From Proteromonas lacertae (Eukaryota), in the NCBI GenBank assembly GCA_002245135.1, contig NGBS01000593.1, forward strand, positions 1-64,000: a stretch of DNA of 64,000 bases, written 5' to 3'. Positions 38,300-52,577 of this stretch are shown piece after piece. The position numbers were made by a program, and so were the translations under genes. Each line of letters begins with the position of its first letter. Within the stretch, counting starts at the first letter, position 1. The notes below the pieces were generated by a model. That model was not told where the DNA came from, did no database searches, and was given only the letters and a program-made list of their open reading frames with translations.

Positions 38300-40012
38300 T
38301 TAATGATGCCATTTTCTTGGATCTTCTCTTTGTCGTGGTGCGCATTTAATAATATTATCCACTCTCATTATCATCTCAGCAGCTTCACTTGCAGATATCA
38401 AAACTTGTCTCTTTAATTTCAATGCTTCCATTATACCCAATTCTACCATATCTCCAACATCACCAATCTTAATATCAATACCAGCAGTCTTATTACCTTT
38501 ATGATGTTCAGCTCTTAACTTTGCAATTAAATCAGAACTATCTAAACCAGCATTATCAGCTATAATCATAGGCATTCTTCTCAATGCTCTAGCAAATGCT
38601 TCTACAGCTAATGCTTTCTTACCACCAATAGTGGGCACGATCTGATCTACAGCTTCTGCCATTATCATTTCACCACATCCTCCACCTAACGTTCTTTTGG
38701 GATTCTTTAATGTTTGTTGTAATATGCACAATGCATCATGTAATGAACGATCAGCTTCATCTAATACATGCTTACTAGCACCTCTTAAAACAATACTACA
38801 AGCTTTGCTTGACTTACATCCTTTGAATTGGATCAATTTATCTTCACCAATTACTATTTCTTCTATTACATCACAATGACCTAATTTCACCATTTCTGGA
38901 TGATCAAATGTCGAGGTAATTTCACCACCTAACACTGCTGCTAATCTTTCAATTCCATCGAAATCGGCATGTTCTATTGAAACTACTCCTGCATCAGTAA
39001 ATATTTGTTCAGGATAATTATAGATCAATTGTCTATTAATAAAGCAGTTTATACCATGCTTGATGATTTTTTCACATTTATTTCTCATTTTTTGTTTTTC
39101 AGCTTCTTCTATTTCAGCGACTTTGTTTAATGAATCCACTCTTACTCTGGAGCCATATATCTTAATTTTATCAGTGTCCATTGAAGTGTTAGCAACTAAA
39201 ATATTTGCATTTTCAATTCTTCTAGGTTGACCAACACCAATTGATTTATCTAATATAAAACCATCTGCTAAGAAACTATCCTTCAATGTACCACCTGGTT
39301 TCTTGATAATTTGAATATGATTTAAATCTCCGTCTTTTCCAATTCTTAATACTGCATCTACAGCTAATCTTGCAAATAAATCTTTTTCAAATGTTAATAA
39401 TTTACTGCTCAATGTGGTTCGAGCTATATTCATTAATTCTTCTTTGAATTTTTTCTCATCACCTGAATTGTCTACTGCTGAGGCTTCTAATGCAGCTCGA
39501 GCTGCTTCACAAGCTGTTCTCCATCCGTCAATGATTACCATTGGATGTATTCTTTGGTCAATTAATTTCTCACCTTCTCTTAATAATTCGCCTGTTAATA
39601 CGACTACACTGGTGGTTCCATCACCAACTTCATCATCTTGAATTTTGGCTATATCAACTAATATCTTAGCAGCAGCATTATCTATATCAATAGCTTTTAA
39701 AATTGTAGCTCCATCATTGGTAATTTGTAAACCTGTATCAATTGAAGCAACGTTTTGTAATATTTTATCCATACCTTTTGGACCTAATGTTGTTTTAACT
39801 AAATCTGCAACAGCTGTTGCACCTACAAATGATGCTAATCTGGCGGTTGAACCCTAATATTAATTTAGAACAATGTATTATACTTTATTGATTTCAGCTT
39901 GGTTATTCAAAACAGATGTCTATATAAACAATAAATAATAGGTCAATGAGGGTATATAATAGATAATAATGCAAGTTTCATATATAAGAATGGTGATATA
40001 TACCTCTGCCAT
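38300..40012 (-). CDS. CCT2: T-complex protein 1 subunit beta
   Basis: [39 protein letters not shown] and [12 protein letters not shown]. Confidence 0.97.
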
Positions 40013-40129
40013 AACTTAGAGTTTAAAAACTTAAATGAAAAAATAGAATAAATGAATGTAATTTGCTATTTAAATCGTCCCAATAATTGCTTGGCTTGAC
40101 TTTTGCATTTTGACTCATTTTTCAAAATC

Positions 40130-41943
40130 ATGGGTAAATCAAGCCGTGTTAGACTTTCTAGGAAGACTACAGTACCAGAATCTATCGTTCCAATAACTGA
40201 AATAGCACCAACTCCAACAGATCTGACTGGAGTATGTTTATTTATCGTTACATTCATCATAGTTGGATAGCTCCGAAGAAAATGTATGTCTAGGAACAAT
40301 TGCTGCGATTTCAAGACTATTTTTTGATGAACCAGATGACGAAGAAGAAACTGAAGGTGAATTATCTAATACCTATGCAGATAGTATCAGAACGATCATT
40401 CAATACAACCATCATAACAAATTAGTGAAATTATTGAAGAATCCAAGTAAGAATATTAGTTTAAATTCGGCTGGTGCATTAAAAAATATATGTATAGCAG
40501 GAGGAGCAGAATTCTGTGACATTTTAAGCAAATGCAACATAAGTAACATTCTAGTAGAAATATTCACATCAATGACATTAGAAAGTGATAGTCTGAATAT
40601 AAATTACATAAACAACATCACATCCCTCTGTTCAGTATTATGTGAAGAAAATGATGAAATTTTAATGAAATTAACTCAACCTGCTATCTTAGATAAGATA
40701 TTCCTTATACTATCAACACTTTCTACTGATACACAGTTAATGTTAATAACAAGTGAATATCTCTACATATTATCTGAAAATAATCCATCACTTAGTAATT
40801 ATATTCAAAACTCTACTACTAATAAACAAAATATAATAAATTTAATCAATAATGCTGAATTATCTGATAGTTTAATATTATTATATTTCATTGGAATTAT
40901 TTTCAATACTTTTTCTACTGTTGAATATAGCATTGAATTACCAGTTTTACTGAATATTTTTAACAAACTCAATAATAGTAGCATTACCATTATAATGAAT
41001 GAAAAAATAAAAAGTGAAAGTGATGAAAATGGAATAAACGAATTTAATAATTATATAAAATATCAATCATTGTTGTTAGAGATGTTATCAATAATAACAA
41101 TCGATAGTAATAGTGAAGAAACAAATACAAAACAACAACAACAACAGCAAATGTATATTTTATTTTAAAATATTTATCTTATAATAGATATGAATATTTA
41201 ATCAATAAAAATATATTCGATTTATTAATTCAATCACTCTATTCACTTCCATCTTTAGAAACAATCACAATAACATCAATCAAAGAGACAATAATGAATT
41301 ATATTGAATATATTATTGGAAATCTTAACAACATAATAGAAAACTTCCCTATTGATTCCTATAGTAAATATTTAAACGAATTATGGAGTAATATATGGAA
41401 TTTAATACCAAAATATAATAATAATAATAATATTTCATTTTTATTGAATTTCTTATGGACAGTTATTAGACATTCCAGTGAAAATGAAATATCAATTAAT
41501 ATAACAAATGAGCAAGTATAAATAATAATAATAATATTAAATAGCTTCAATTCGTATTAAATACAATAACAACCAATGCAGTAGGTGATATTAGAATGAT
41601 CAGCGTTGGAATATTAGATTGTATAATCATCTTTCTAATTAAAGAGAACAAAGTAAAAGAAGTAGGTCAAGAGATAGTGAATGTTCTACTACAAAGTTTA
41701 AATGATAATTATTTACTAGTAGCAGCTGAAAGTATAAATGCTATAATTGACTTGTTTAATGATGATGGTCCGAATACATTATGGGATGATAACAAGATGT
41801 TGAATAAATTGAAAGTGTTTTTACCTATATATAGTAAGAAAATGAAGAGTGTGAAAGAGTTGGATGAAATATCTTTAGAGAGAATTGAGATGATGTATGA
41901 GAATCTGTGTGGTTTTATTGATTATAAAAAGAAACATAAATAA
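40130..41943 (+). CDS. HEATR3: HEAT/ARM repeat protein, HEATR3/Syo1-like
   Basis: MGKS basic N-terminus, SAGALKNIC..GG, C-terminal AESINAIIDLFNDD..ENLCGFIDYK. Confidence 0.78.
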
Positions 41944-42683
41944 TAATTTGATATTTTAAATTTGTTTTGTTTTGTTTATAACATTAAAAGCTATAGATAA
42001 ATTATCATTTTAGAAACATTTACATCATTTGAAACATTCAATCTAGATGGAATATCAGAAGAAACAAAGAAAGATATATTATATTGTCATTCAACAACTA
42101 TTTTACCCATTACACACACAATTAAACAAAAAGATATACTAGTTTGTATAAAATCTAAATGATTTATATTATAACGAACATTATTCATCATTTTCTATAG
42201 ATAAATTCGATAAATGACGATATAATTCAGACTCTTCAGAATCATCGCTTTCATTCTCACTTTGAGGATCATAAAAAGATGCATCTTTATTTGTATTGCA
42301 AAAAGACGTATGGGATGAGGAAATTGAAACACTTAATTTAGGATAAAACTATTTTGATAAAAATAGTGACACATACAATTTCATCATCAGAAGGAATGCG
42401 AATTGTTAAGAATTCTCGTAACCTTTCCATGAATTGTCTTCTGCGCGCTTGTAACAAAGGTATTTTCTTATATGTATTTATTCTCTTCTTGTGTGTATGC
42501 TTCTATAACATAAGAATAATATAAAATAAAATAAAGAGAATATATACTCTCATAGCACTCTGTGCCATTTGAAATTAAAAATTAGAAATTGTTTCAGTTA
42601 CACAAAATGTAACAGTTTTTCAATCAATTCTCTTCAAAAAACAAAGAAACGGAAATTTTTGAAAAAGATTATTATTAAAATGA

Positions 42684-43814
42684 CTATAATGTTTCATGAA
42701 AATAGAATAAATCACCATTCTCACACCCACATATACTAATACCCTTCCATTTACACCTATTCAAGCATTTTATTGGTGAACACATCTCTTTAATAGTCAT
42801 ACAGAAATGTTCTGTATTGTTCAAACGAGTTATCGGCATTTTGCTGAAATAACCGTCATAAGAAGTGAAAAACAGTATATCATCATATCCTTTAGAAACA
42901 TAATCAACATTTGATACTACAAATATATAAATATAAATATATATATATAAGAATATATACTTGTAGAATAATTCAATGTTATATTCAAAGGAACACACTC
43001 TTTAATATTTCTACAGTCAAATTTCATAATATTTCCTTCATTGGTACCACATATATAATAATTCTAATAATAATACAATAGAGAATATACTTCATTCACA
43101 ATTAGCGATTTATAACCACTAGAATTTCTATCGCTATAATGATAAACAACATTTTTATCTCTTTTATCCCATATCTGTAATTGCCTTGTATTACTATCTC
43201 CAACTGTTATAAATTCTGTTAAATTTGTAGTTGAAATTTTTATATCATTCAAATTGGTGGATTTCCATTGATAACTCTCTCCTTTTTCTATATCAGCGAT
43301 TGCACAACCATTTTGACCACATAAATAAACATATGGTAAATCTCTAATATCTATACCATTTGTGTTAATCAAGAATTTCTTTTCTGATTCTACTTTTTCA
43401 ATGTTCATTTTATCTAATGATACAATTACTATATCACCTTTAGATGTGCCACAATAAATAGAGTTGTTGATATTACATACGCTCTTCATACAAGTCACAG
43501 GATCAGTGACATTTCCTATTTCATGGATAAAATTTAATTTTGGATGATAGGTTGATCTATTAATAATATATATAAGGAAATATAATCTTACGGATTTTCT
43601 CTATATTCTTTATAATTATCTTCAAACAATAAAATAGATGGACCAGATTCATAATTATTTGTAGATATTACTATTGGGTTGTTTATATCTATTCATATAA
43701 TTAAAAAAATATACTATCACTTTCAACACTCTCTTCTTCTGGTATACATATTTGCATTGAAATCGGCGTAAACCCTAAATTCTTTTCTAAACTATAATTT
43801 TGTTCAGCATTCAT
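42684..43814 (-). CDS. WD40-repeat protein
   Basis: Repeated CGT.KGDI / CGT.EGN / CGCENGDL, LQIWDKR and TSYDGY motifs over several exons. Confidence 0.7.
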
Positions 43815-43979
43815 CTGTAGATGAAAAAAATGAGAAATTAGATATGAAAATGCTTGAATCTTCAAGCCAAATTTAAATTATTTTTCATTTTTTTTCTTAT
43901 ATGCTATCAGATAATACAATTCCAATACATTCAATAAAATATAAAAGGAAATATTTAACACATTTTTATAAATAATTAA

Positions 43980-45049
43980 TTAAATTTGAGGATGATAGTA
44001 GTATATTTCTTTGACCACTTCTTTAACTATTTCATCTTCAGTCAATTTACGTTCATCAAATGGAAATTCCACTTTCTTCACATTCTCAAAACACCCTTCA
44101 TCCACATTACACTCATCTTCAATATCCTTAAAGAAAGGATGGTTAATAGCTTCAATGGCAGTAAGTCTTCTCTTTGGATTCCAGTTAAGAAGACCTTTGA
44201 TCAAACTATTAAACTCTTCTCCAAATGGTTTTAATATCTCGTTTAGTTTAGGTATTTTATCAAGTGAAACAATATATTCAACTCTTCTTCTTGCTTCTTT
44301 ATTGCTAATAAAGGATAAATCGTTTGGTTTTCCAACAACATCAATAATTTTCACTAATTGATGAATATCTGATTTACCATTCAACAATATCTTCTTTATC
44401 AATAACTCTGTAAATATGCATCCTAAGGACCACATATCTACTGACTCGTCATACTCACAATCCAGTAGAAGTTCTGGAGATTTATAATATCTTGTTACAA
44501 CTTGTTTAGTAAGTGATTTGTTTGGACTTTGTAGACAAGAAAGTCCAAAGTCACATATTTTAACTGAAAGATTTGGATAGTTGATTAAGATATTGTCTAA
44601 TTTTAGATCTCTGTGTATAACTCCTGATGAATGCAGATACTTAACACCTGATAATATTTGTTTCATTATAATTTTAGCATCATGTATGTTTTCTGGGCAA
44701 CCATTCCTAATTAAAGTCATTAAATCTAAATCCATCTTTTCATATATTATATTTACACCTTGAAATGAATTTATATTCTTTGGCAATAGTATTTCATAGA
44801 TATGCATTACATTTGGGTGGTCTAATACTTTTCCTAGGATCAATTCTCGAAGTATACTCATTCCTAGTCCATCTACATCTGAATATCTGACTAATTGTTT
44901 TGCATACATATTTTTTAGCCATCACTTTGGGATATAACTTCGTATACTTCGCCATAGGCACCTTTTCCTGCATTTTTCACTACAGTATAGACTGTCAAAG
45001 GTTTAGGGATAAGTGATCGAGGTGATTCTGTTTTTATAAACAAACTCAT
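43980..45049 (-). CDS. MAP kinase-like protein (atypical activation loop); N-terminal frame disrupted in this sequence
   Basis: GKGAYGEV, HRDLKLDN, ICDFGL, LTKQVVTRYYKSPE and DMWSLGC. Stop/frameshift at about 44885-44917; no introns. Confidence 0.75.
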
Positions 45050-45149
45050 TGAGTAAAAAGCAAGTATGTAGAATATTCTAAAAAGCGCGAAAAATGCAAA
45101 TTAATAATTATGGCGCTTTTCAATATTTACTCACAAAACAGTTAACAAT

Positions 45150-46341
45150 TTAAGAATTATCTTCTATTAAACCCCCATTGCGTTGCTGTTTCTTATACAA
45201 TTTATCAAACTTACTTTTCATGTTGTTTAAATACTCAATTACGATTGGATCATTTAAACTATCAATATCACCATCAACTTCATCAAAAGAGGAAGCTAGA
45301 TATATTAACATCTTCAAATGAAGATATAGGCAAAGAATGACGACAAACTGGGCAAGGAATCGTTTCAATTATTCCAACATATTTTTCTTTGTCAATACTA
45401 TTCATTTTCGTTTCTTCATATTGTATTTCTACATTCTTTAACCTCTTTTCCATAGTCAGTTTGTGATCTTCATTACTTTTCTTCTTTTCTTTTAATTCCT
45501 TTATTTTCTTCCTCATTCTTTTTATTTCACCTTCATCAGCTCCTTCATAATTGTTTGCAGTATATCCATCAATGCCTTTCTAGTTCAAAAAAAATAAAAA
45601 AAATGATAATTTATACTTGAACAGCATCAATCTGTCTTTCGATTTCTTTAATAAGATTTTCATCATCATTAATCAGTTTCATAATAGAATTAACTTGATT
45701 CTCCTTTTCACTCACTTCCTTCTTTATTGAATTAATTGTTGATTTTGAAGAATCACTATTCTTTGAATTATCAATATTTATATCTCTCCACTTTAATATA
45801 CAATTATTATGAAACGAATGATAACATTCTGAACGATACATTAAGTTCAATGAATCTTCATCATAGGTGGACAGACAAATATAACACGATCCTTTTGAAT
45901 TAAAATCAGTTATCAACTCAAACCCTTTTTCTATTATATCCATTAGAAAACTGTTATTTAGTGATTCTGATGATATTTCTTTAAAAGAGTTCAGTATTGT
46001 TCTTAAATCGGAATCTTGAAGAAAACGAGATTGTAATACATTGAACTATTACATGATTATTATATAATTATACTTCTGGTATTGAATTTGGATAGTTTTT
46101 CAAGTCTATTCTCATAAGAAGCTTTACAAATCTGATAGATTCATCTCCTCCTGTAAATGGTTCAAATTTTATCTATAATATGTGTTAAACATTTACATTA
46201 TACTTCAATAGAAACATATTTATTGTCTCCTTCATTTATCTCTTTCAATGAAGTAAGTTCTTCCTCGTGCATTGCTATTATACATTGAAGTTCTTCTTTG
46301 ATATCATCAGAACATGTTAATGAATCAATTATATCATTCAT
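45150..46341 (-). CDS. RNF25: RWD + RING E3 ligase, RNF25-like
   Basis: RWD (EELQCI..NYPNSIP) and a split RING: CYICL..CYHSFHNNCI...CPVCR. Confidence 0.75.
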
Positions 46342-46421
46342 TATTCACCAAAAAATGTAATTTCAATATAGAATATCAAACTTATCAGGCTTGTTTTTGA
46401 TTCTTTTATAAGTGTTTTTTA

Positions 46422-48782
46422 ATGCCATCTAAATCGCAAAAAGAAACAATAAATCTAATTAGCAAAAGAAGTATGGAAGAAGAAGTAAATAAATGGATTA
46501 TTGATAGTAAAGAATGGTACATAGTATTTATCTGTCTTTATTAATGTTAAAATAGCCTTTGTTATTATCTATCCTAACATTTTGTATTTATTTCCCAACA
46601 TTATATCCAACAATAACAGGTGGTGATCATTCTGAGTTTGTAGTTGCTTCATGTCAATTAGGAGTAGCTCATCCACCAGGATATCCATTATTAACTTTAC
46701 TTGGTTATGCATTTGTCCATCTATTCAATATGCCTCCATCTTACAGTTCATGGCTTACTAACATCCTATCATCAATCTTTGGTGTATTATCAATGTATTT
46801 TTTATACAATACTGTTTTCTATCTAACTAATGGTAATATTATTGTCAGTATATTTGGTAGTTGTTTATATGCATTTAATTCTTTGACTTGGTTGCAATCA
46901 ATTCAATTTGAAGTGTTTTCATTAAACAATTTATTCTGCACATTAATTATCTACTTGATATGTAAAGTAGAATATTACAGAATCAATAAAAACAAAGAAA
47001 AAGAAATGAAATATATTTATTTAGGAGCATATTTTTGTGGATTATCTTTAACAAACCAGCAAACGATTATATTCTATATTTTACCATTTATATTATATAT
47101 TGCACTATTTCCAATGTATTACTATGAAAATATATGGAATTATGAAATATTAATCAAATTAATTATATATTTTATATTAGGTATGAGTTTCTATTTCTAT
47201 CTTTTTATTGGTGGATATTTATCACCAATAGGATCATGGGGAAACACAAAAACACTAAGTGGTTTTATAATTCATTTATTACGATCAGAATATGGAACTT
47301 TCACTCTATTTTCTGGAAGTAAAAAAAGTAATATTGGTGATAATTTATATAATGGATTATATTTATTTATTCAATCATTTCAAGAGGATAGTTTATATTT
47401 AGGAATTCCATTCTTATTTTTATCAATATATTATCTATTTAAAAATAATTCTATTATAAATATAATATTAAAATTATTCTTATTTACGATGTTATTTTAT
47501 ACAATCATATTTCATACTTTAGCAAATTTACCAATTGATTCAAATCCATTGTTTGTGGGAGTACAGAAAAGGTTTTGGATGCAGAGTTATATAATATTGT
47601 TTTTATTTATAAGTATTGGATTTGAGAAGGTTATTGGTATATTTAAATTGAGTATTTATTTATTTATATTGTTTAAATAAATAGATTCTTTAATATCAAC
47701 ATTAATATCTTTTTCATTAATATTCTATCAAGTATAATATATTTCTTTTTATTAATTTATTTATATGTATTAATAGATATATCACAATTTCATTACCATC
47801 TATAAATCAACTCATAATTCCTATCACTTTCTTAATTACGGTAAAACCATCTTAAATGGATTACCTTTTAATTCTACACTCATTCTTTATGGTGATTTAG
47901 AGCAATATTCTATTATGTATTTACAACAGTGTGAAAGATATAGAAATGATGTTTCAACTATTTATTTACCTCATGCTTCCTATGAATGGTATAAACATGT
48001 ACAAACTAAGAATTTTAAACATTTGAAATTTCCTGGAAATTTCTATAATCCTTCTGGAAAGAAGATTAAAGCTTTTAATATGGAGTATATTTTTTATATT
48101 TATATATAAAAATAATATTTCATTAGAGAATTGGTTTCTGCAAATTATAAAAATACACCGTTATTCAGTGTCAATATTCCATTTGATATGCCTAAAAATT
48201 ATCTATTAATTCCATATGGTTTAATCTATAAAATAATATCAAAGAAAGAAGAAAAGAGTTTGGATTTGTTATTGACAAATCTTGAAGAGGGTTTGAATAA
48301 TTTGCCAAACTTTTCGATACCCCAAGAATATACAATTGATAGTTGGGATAAATTACTAGTAGATCAATATTGGTCTTTTTATGAAATATATATAAGATAT
48401 ATTATCAATGATAAAGAATTAAGTAAAAATGAAAAAGCATTAAAATATGGATTAAAAGCTGTAGAGAAAAAGATAACTGGAGAAGTTAGACCTAAGAATG
48501 ACTTGAGTTATGAATTTTATTATTTTGAAGTGATGCTAAGTTCGCTTGAGAAAATGACAAGCGATATTAAAACTAAAAACGTATTTATGTTATTTTTATA
48601 TTGAATATTAGGAATATGGATGTAATATGTTGTGGATAAGTAATAGAATGTTGGAATATGTAAATAATACATTCTCATATTATGAAACAGTAACAACAAT
48701 CCAAAATTATTATAAAAATCTCTGCAAAAATCCACAACCTCTATTTGATAGTATTAAAAACATTGATGTTATAATTCCTTAA
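46422..48782 (+). CDS. TMEM260: TMEM260-family (DUF2723) protein O-mannosyltransferase
   Basis: GGDHSEF, GVAHPPGYPL, EVFSLNN, HLLRSEYGTFTL and RFWMQ; multi-pass membrane protein. Confidence 0.9.
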
Positions 48783-48820
48783 GTTTATATTTCTTTGATT
48801 TTATTTTTATGTTGGTTTGA

Positions 48821-49922
48821 ATGATGGTTTGTGACAAGCCAAACTTTTTTTGAATATTTCTTTTTTGATGTTTTTTGAGACTAAATTCAATGATATTGGA
48901 AAGGACTCTCACAGTATAATATAATTGGCATCTTGTGTATAGGTTTTCATTTGAGTGATGATTGTTTTGACAGGTTTTACTTTTCTTTTCAATTCCCACC
49001 TAATGTATAGAATACCAATAATTATAATAGGGATCTGGTGTAAACTACATTGATAAATTGCTTAAAAATCAATATTTTACTTTAAGTGGTAGATACGCTT
49101 ATAAAGCTAAAAATGTATCAATAAATACAAGCTACAGATATAATCAAGATATTGTATATAATAAAATCTATTTGTATTTCACAGTCATTCTCAACATATA
49201 CTCGATTAAAGCAAGGTCATCCAAAATATGACTTGTCATCAGAAGCATCAATTAAATTCCATAAAAATAGTCCAATCCCTTTCATTAAAGAATTCGGTGT
49301 TTCAACACAAGGAAGATTATTATTTCATGTCGCATTTCCGTTGGACCGTTATTATCCAAAATTAATACTTTCAAATATATGGATAAAATCAAAAGCTACA
49401 TCTTCAATAGGTATAACATCTTCTCAACATAAATATAACATGGAATTTATACTATATCCTGAGAAGAATTCATTTTCATTTAATGCAAATGCACGAATAA
49501 ATGAAAAAAGTATTGGTGGAATAATGGTTAAACCAAATAAAGATATGAAAGACAATTTACAGTCTGTTATTAAGATGGAATATAAAAATAATAAATTTTA
49601 TTTTCCTTTTACTATTTATGAAGTCATTACATATCCTTATGCAAAGAAATCGCAATCATTGTTATCTCTCTATTCTATTGTTACTTTGAATGGTAGGAAT
49701 AAAGCAATGATTGGTTTACATACAAATAATAATATTGAAATAGGATATAACTTACTAGCTTCTAGATTTGGTATATTTTACTGTACTTTACAGACTAAAC
49801 CTGCATTATGTACAGTTGCATGGAAGAAACAGACGCAACATTGGAGATATTATTATATGTGTAAATTCAATACTAAAAAGATATTACATAAATTTGGAAT
49901 TGATTTTATTCAAACATTTTAA
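48821..49922 (+). CDS. Divergent beta-barrel, possibly eukaryotic porin (VDAC/Tom40 superfamily)
   Basis: N-terminal KFNDIGKGL, alternating amphipathic strands and a C-terminal HKFGIDF beta-signal-like end. Needs a 1-nt correction in the T-run at about 48845-48851. Confidence 0.4.
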
Positions 49923-50072
49923 TGAAGGTTGATGATGTTATAAATAAATAAATATATAATGTTGTTTTTCTTTAACTATTTATCAAATTTTGTTTTTGGT
50001 ATTGTTGATTGAATAGTGAGAAAAATGATATTTTATTAATGAACACAGTACAATGTATTTGTATGTATTAAG

Positions 50073-52076
50073 ATGTCTTTATTAATTGATTGGAATAGAG
50101 TAGGAATTACCCATAGAATTAATTCAAATATTCAATTTTATGGAACTCTAAAAGAGAAATATCCTTTTTATATACTTTGTTGTGATATTTGGTTGAATTA
50201 ATAATCAATCCTGAAGATTTCATTGTCAATGAGATTGGAACAAATCGTAAAATGATTGAACTAACATCAACAGAAATACCCCCTCCTTCATTTTTCCCAG
50301 ATGCATCAAACGATCAATCTACTTCATTAACCTCTGATCCAGTGATATTAAAACCATTATCAGATTTCTTATCAGAAGATATAATCAAACAGATAAAAGA
50401 GTATGTTGTCTCTCCAATGGACAAAGAATTTGTAGTAAAATCAGTACCAAAAGACAAATTAGAAAGAATGTCATGTATAAATCAAATAATCAAATTAAAT
50501 CCATTAATACAAGTAACAACATCTCAAGATCCACCGTCATCAGGGAATTATATACTGAAACTTTACAGAAATCCGAATTTTATTCCATTAGAAAAATACT
50601 TGTCAAAAAGTGATGTAATAAAATTAGCAAATTATATACATGGAGGTATTGATTCATTTGTTGATAAAGAGAGTTTAGAACCAGTTACAACAGATGTAAT
50701 TGAAGATAAAGATAATAGAAGAGAGATACATATTCTAATTAAACAGAAATTTAGATTTTTATTATCCTCAACAACTGAAGATAAAAGAATAAAAATTGTT
50801 CATAAAGAAAAAGGTAAAAAAAGAAAGCGTCCAAATTCATCAGAAAAGCCAAATATCTTGAAGTGTACAATGCAAAAAGTTAATATTGAGAATTACTCAG
50901 CGCTGTATAAAATATCAAAAATATTTGAAATTCCTGTTGATTTTATCAGTGTTGCTGGTACAAAAGATAAAAAAGCAATAACAACTCAATTGATTACAAT
51001 CAAAGAAATGAATTATGAGAAATTAATGAAATTTAAATCAACTGATGATATTAGATTAGGTGATTTTAAAATGGTTGAAAAAATGTTAAATTTTGGAGAT
51101 TTATATGGAAATCATTTCAAAATTCGAATTAATCATATCACTTCTTCAGACAATACAATTCCTATAACAAAAGAAATGATTTTGAAGTCTTTAGAAAGTT
51201 TAAAAATGAATGGATTTATTAATTATTTTGGCTCTCAAAGAGTAGGAAATCCAAAATATAATATTATATCAAGTGATGTAGGGAAGAAATTAATTCAAAA
51301 ACAATATGAAGAAGCTATTAATTTGAAATTAACTCCACAAATTCCAGATGTATTTATATTATTTTATATTATTATTTTAATATTTTTATAGAATAATGAT
51401 CAAGTTAATAAAGCTTTAACTCATTACCAAGAAACTAAAGATATAAAATCAACTTTAAATATGTTACCTTCAAATGAAAAAATCATTTCCATTTTATTGA
51501 AGAATATTAATCGATATAAAATCGAGAATTCTGAAATGATATGGAAGGAAGTTCCAATTTCTTATTTTTCTTTGTATTTGAAAAGTTATCAAAGTGTTTT
51601 GTTTAATAAAATTGCAAGTTTACGTTATGAAAAATATGGTTTAAAGGTGTTAGAAGGTGATTTGGTTTATGAAATGAATGGTGGTAAAGAGATTATCAAA
51701 TATATAAGCAAAGAAGATATGAAAATGAGTGCATATGCTATATTTCATGTTCTTTTACCTCTTCCAGGGAGTAAGACGGTATATCCCAACAATGAAATCA
51801 ATAATCTGTACAAGGAGTTGTTTAAACAAGAAAATATTGATCCATCGAATGTATATGTTCTATTTAACTTTATTATAGTTTTCTATAAAAGGTAATTACA
51901 GACATTTTGTTAGTAAAGTTGACAATATGAAATATTCAGTGAGTGATGATGTTAAATCGTGTGATATTGAATTTGATTTAGCAAAAGGTTGTTATGCAAC
52001 TATATGTTTAAGAGAGATAATGGAGGATAAAGTGATAGTAGAAGATGTAGATGACTATGAAAGTAATGATGAATAA
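50073..52076 (+). CDS. PUS7: TruD-family pseudouridine synthase
   Basis: AGTKDKKAITTQ, GDLYGNHF, GFINYFGSQR, SYQS.LFN and F.L.KGCYATICLRE. Confidence 0.93.
50159..50208 (+). other. U12-type intron with AT-AA termini, 50 nt
   Basis: 5' ATATCCTTT (exact consensus). Ending at ...TCAA restores the TruD motif GTLKENPEDFIVNEI; no GT-AG alternative seen. Confidence 0.75.
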
Positions 52077-52577
52077 ATATAATGATTTTGTGTTTTGTTT
52101 TAATTGTCTTAATTGAGTTAATTTCATTCAAAAGAAAAACTATTCAAGCCAAAAGCTTGATATTTTAATTTGAATTTTTGTGTGAATGGGATGTGATATG
52201 GAATAGGTGTATATTGCGCTTTATTATATGAAGCAATAGAAGTGTTGATGAAAAGTAAGAATTGGCAGATATAGAAGATTACACATTTTGTATAAATGTA
52301 AACTTAATACCATCATGTACAGTGAATATCGCACAGAAGGATGTAAATTACATCACATTTTAGAAGATAGGTTATGATACAAGGCATATATTCAAGCAAC
52401 TTGAATATAAAGAGATATAATACAAATTATATGTAATAAATACCTTAAAAAAAACTACAGACAATGACGTTTAGACAACTCAAATAGTTGAAATGAAAGA
52501 ATAAAAAATACGCAGAAAATCCCACTCTAAAAAACTTGCCACATTTTGAATTAATCGTTATAAAAGAATCTTTGAAA

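Noticed and set aside
42081..42567. Possible small minus-strand gene starting MAQSAMR
   Set aside because: Splice-like signals are present but I could not build a reliable model or recognise a product.
44895..44936. ATATCCC as a U12 donor explaining the MAPK frame break
   Set aside because: Poor match after position 6, no branch point, and removal would delete the catalytic lysine region.
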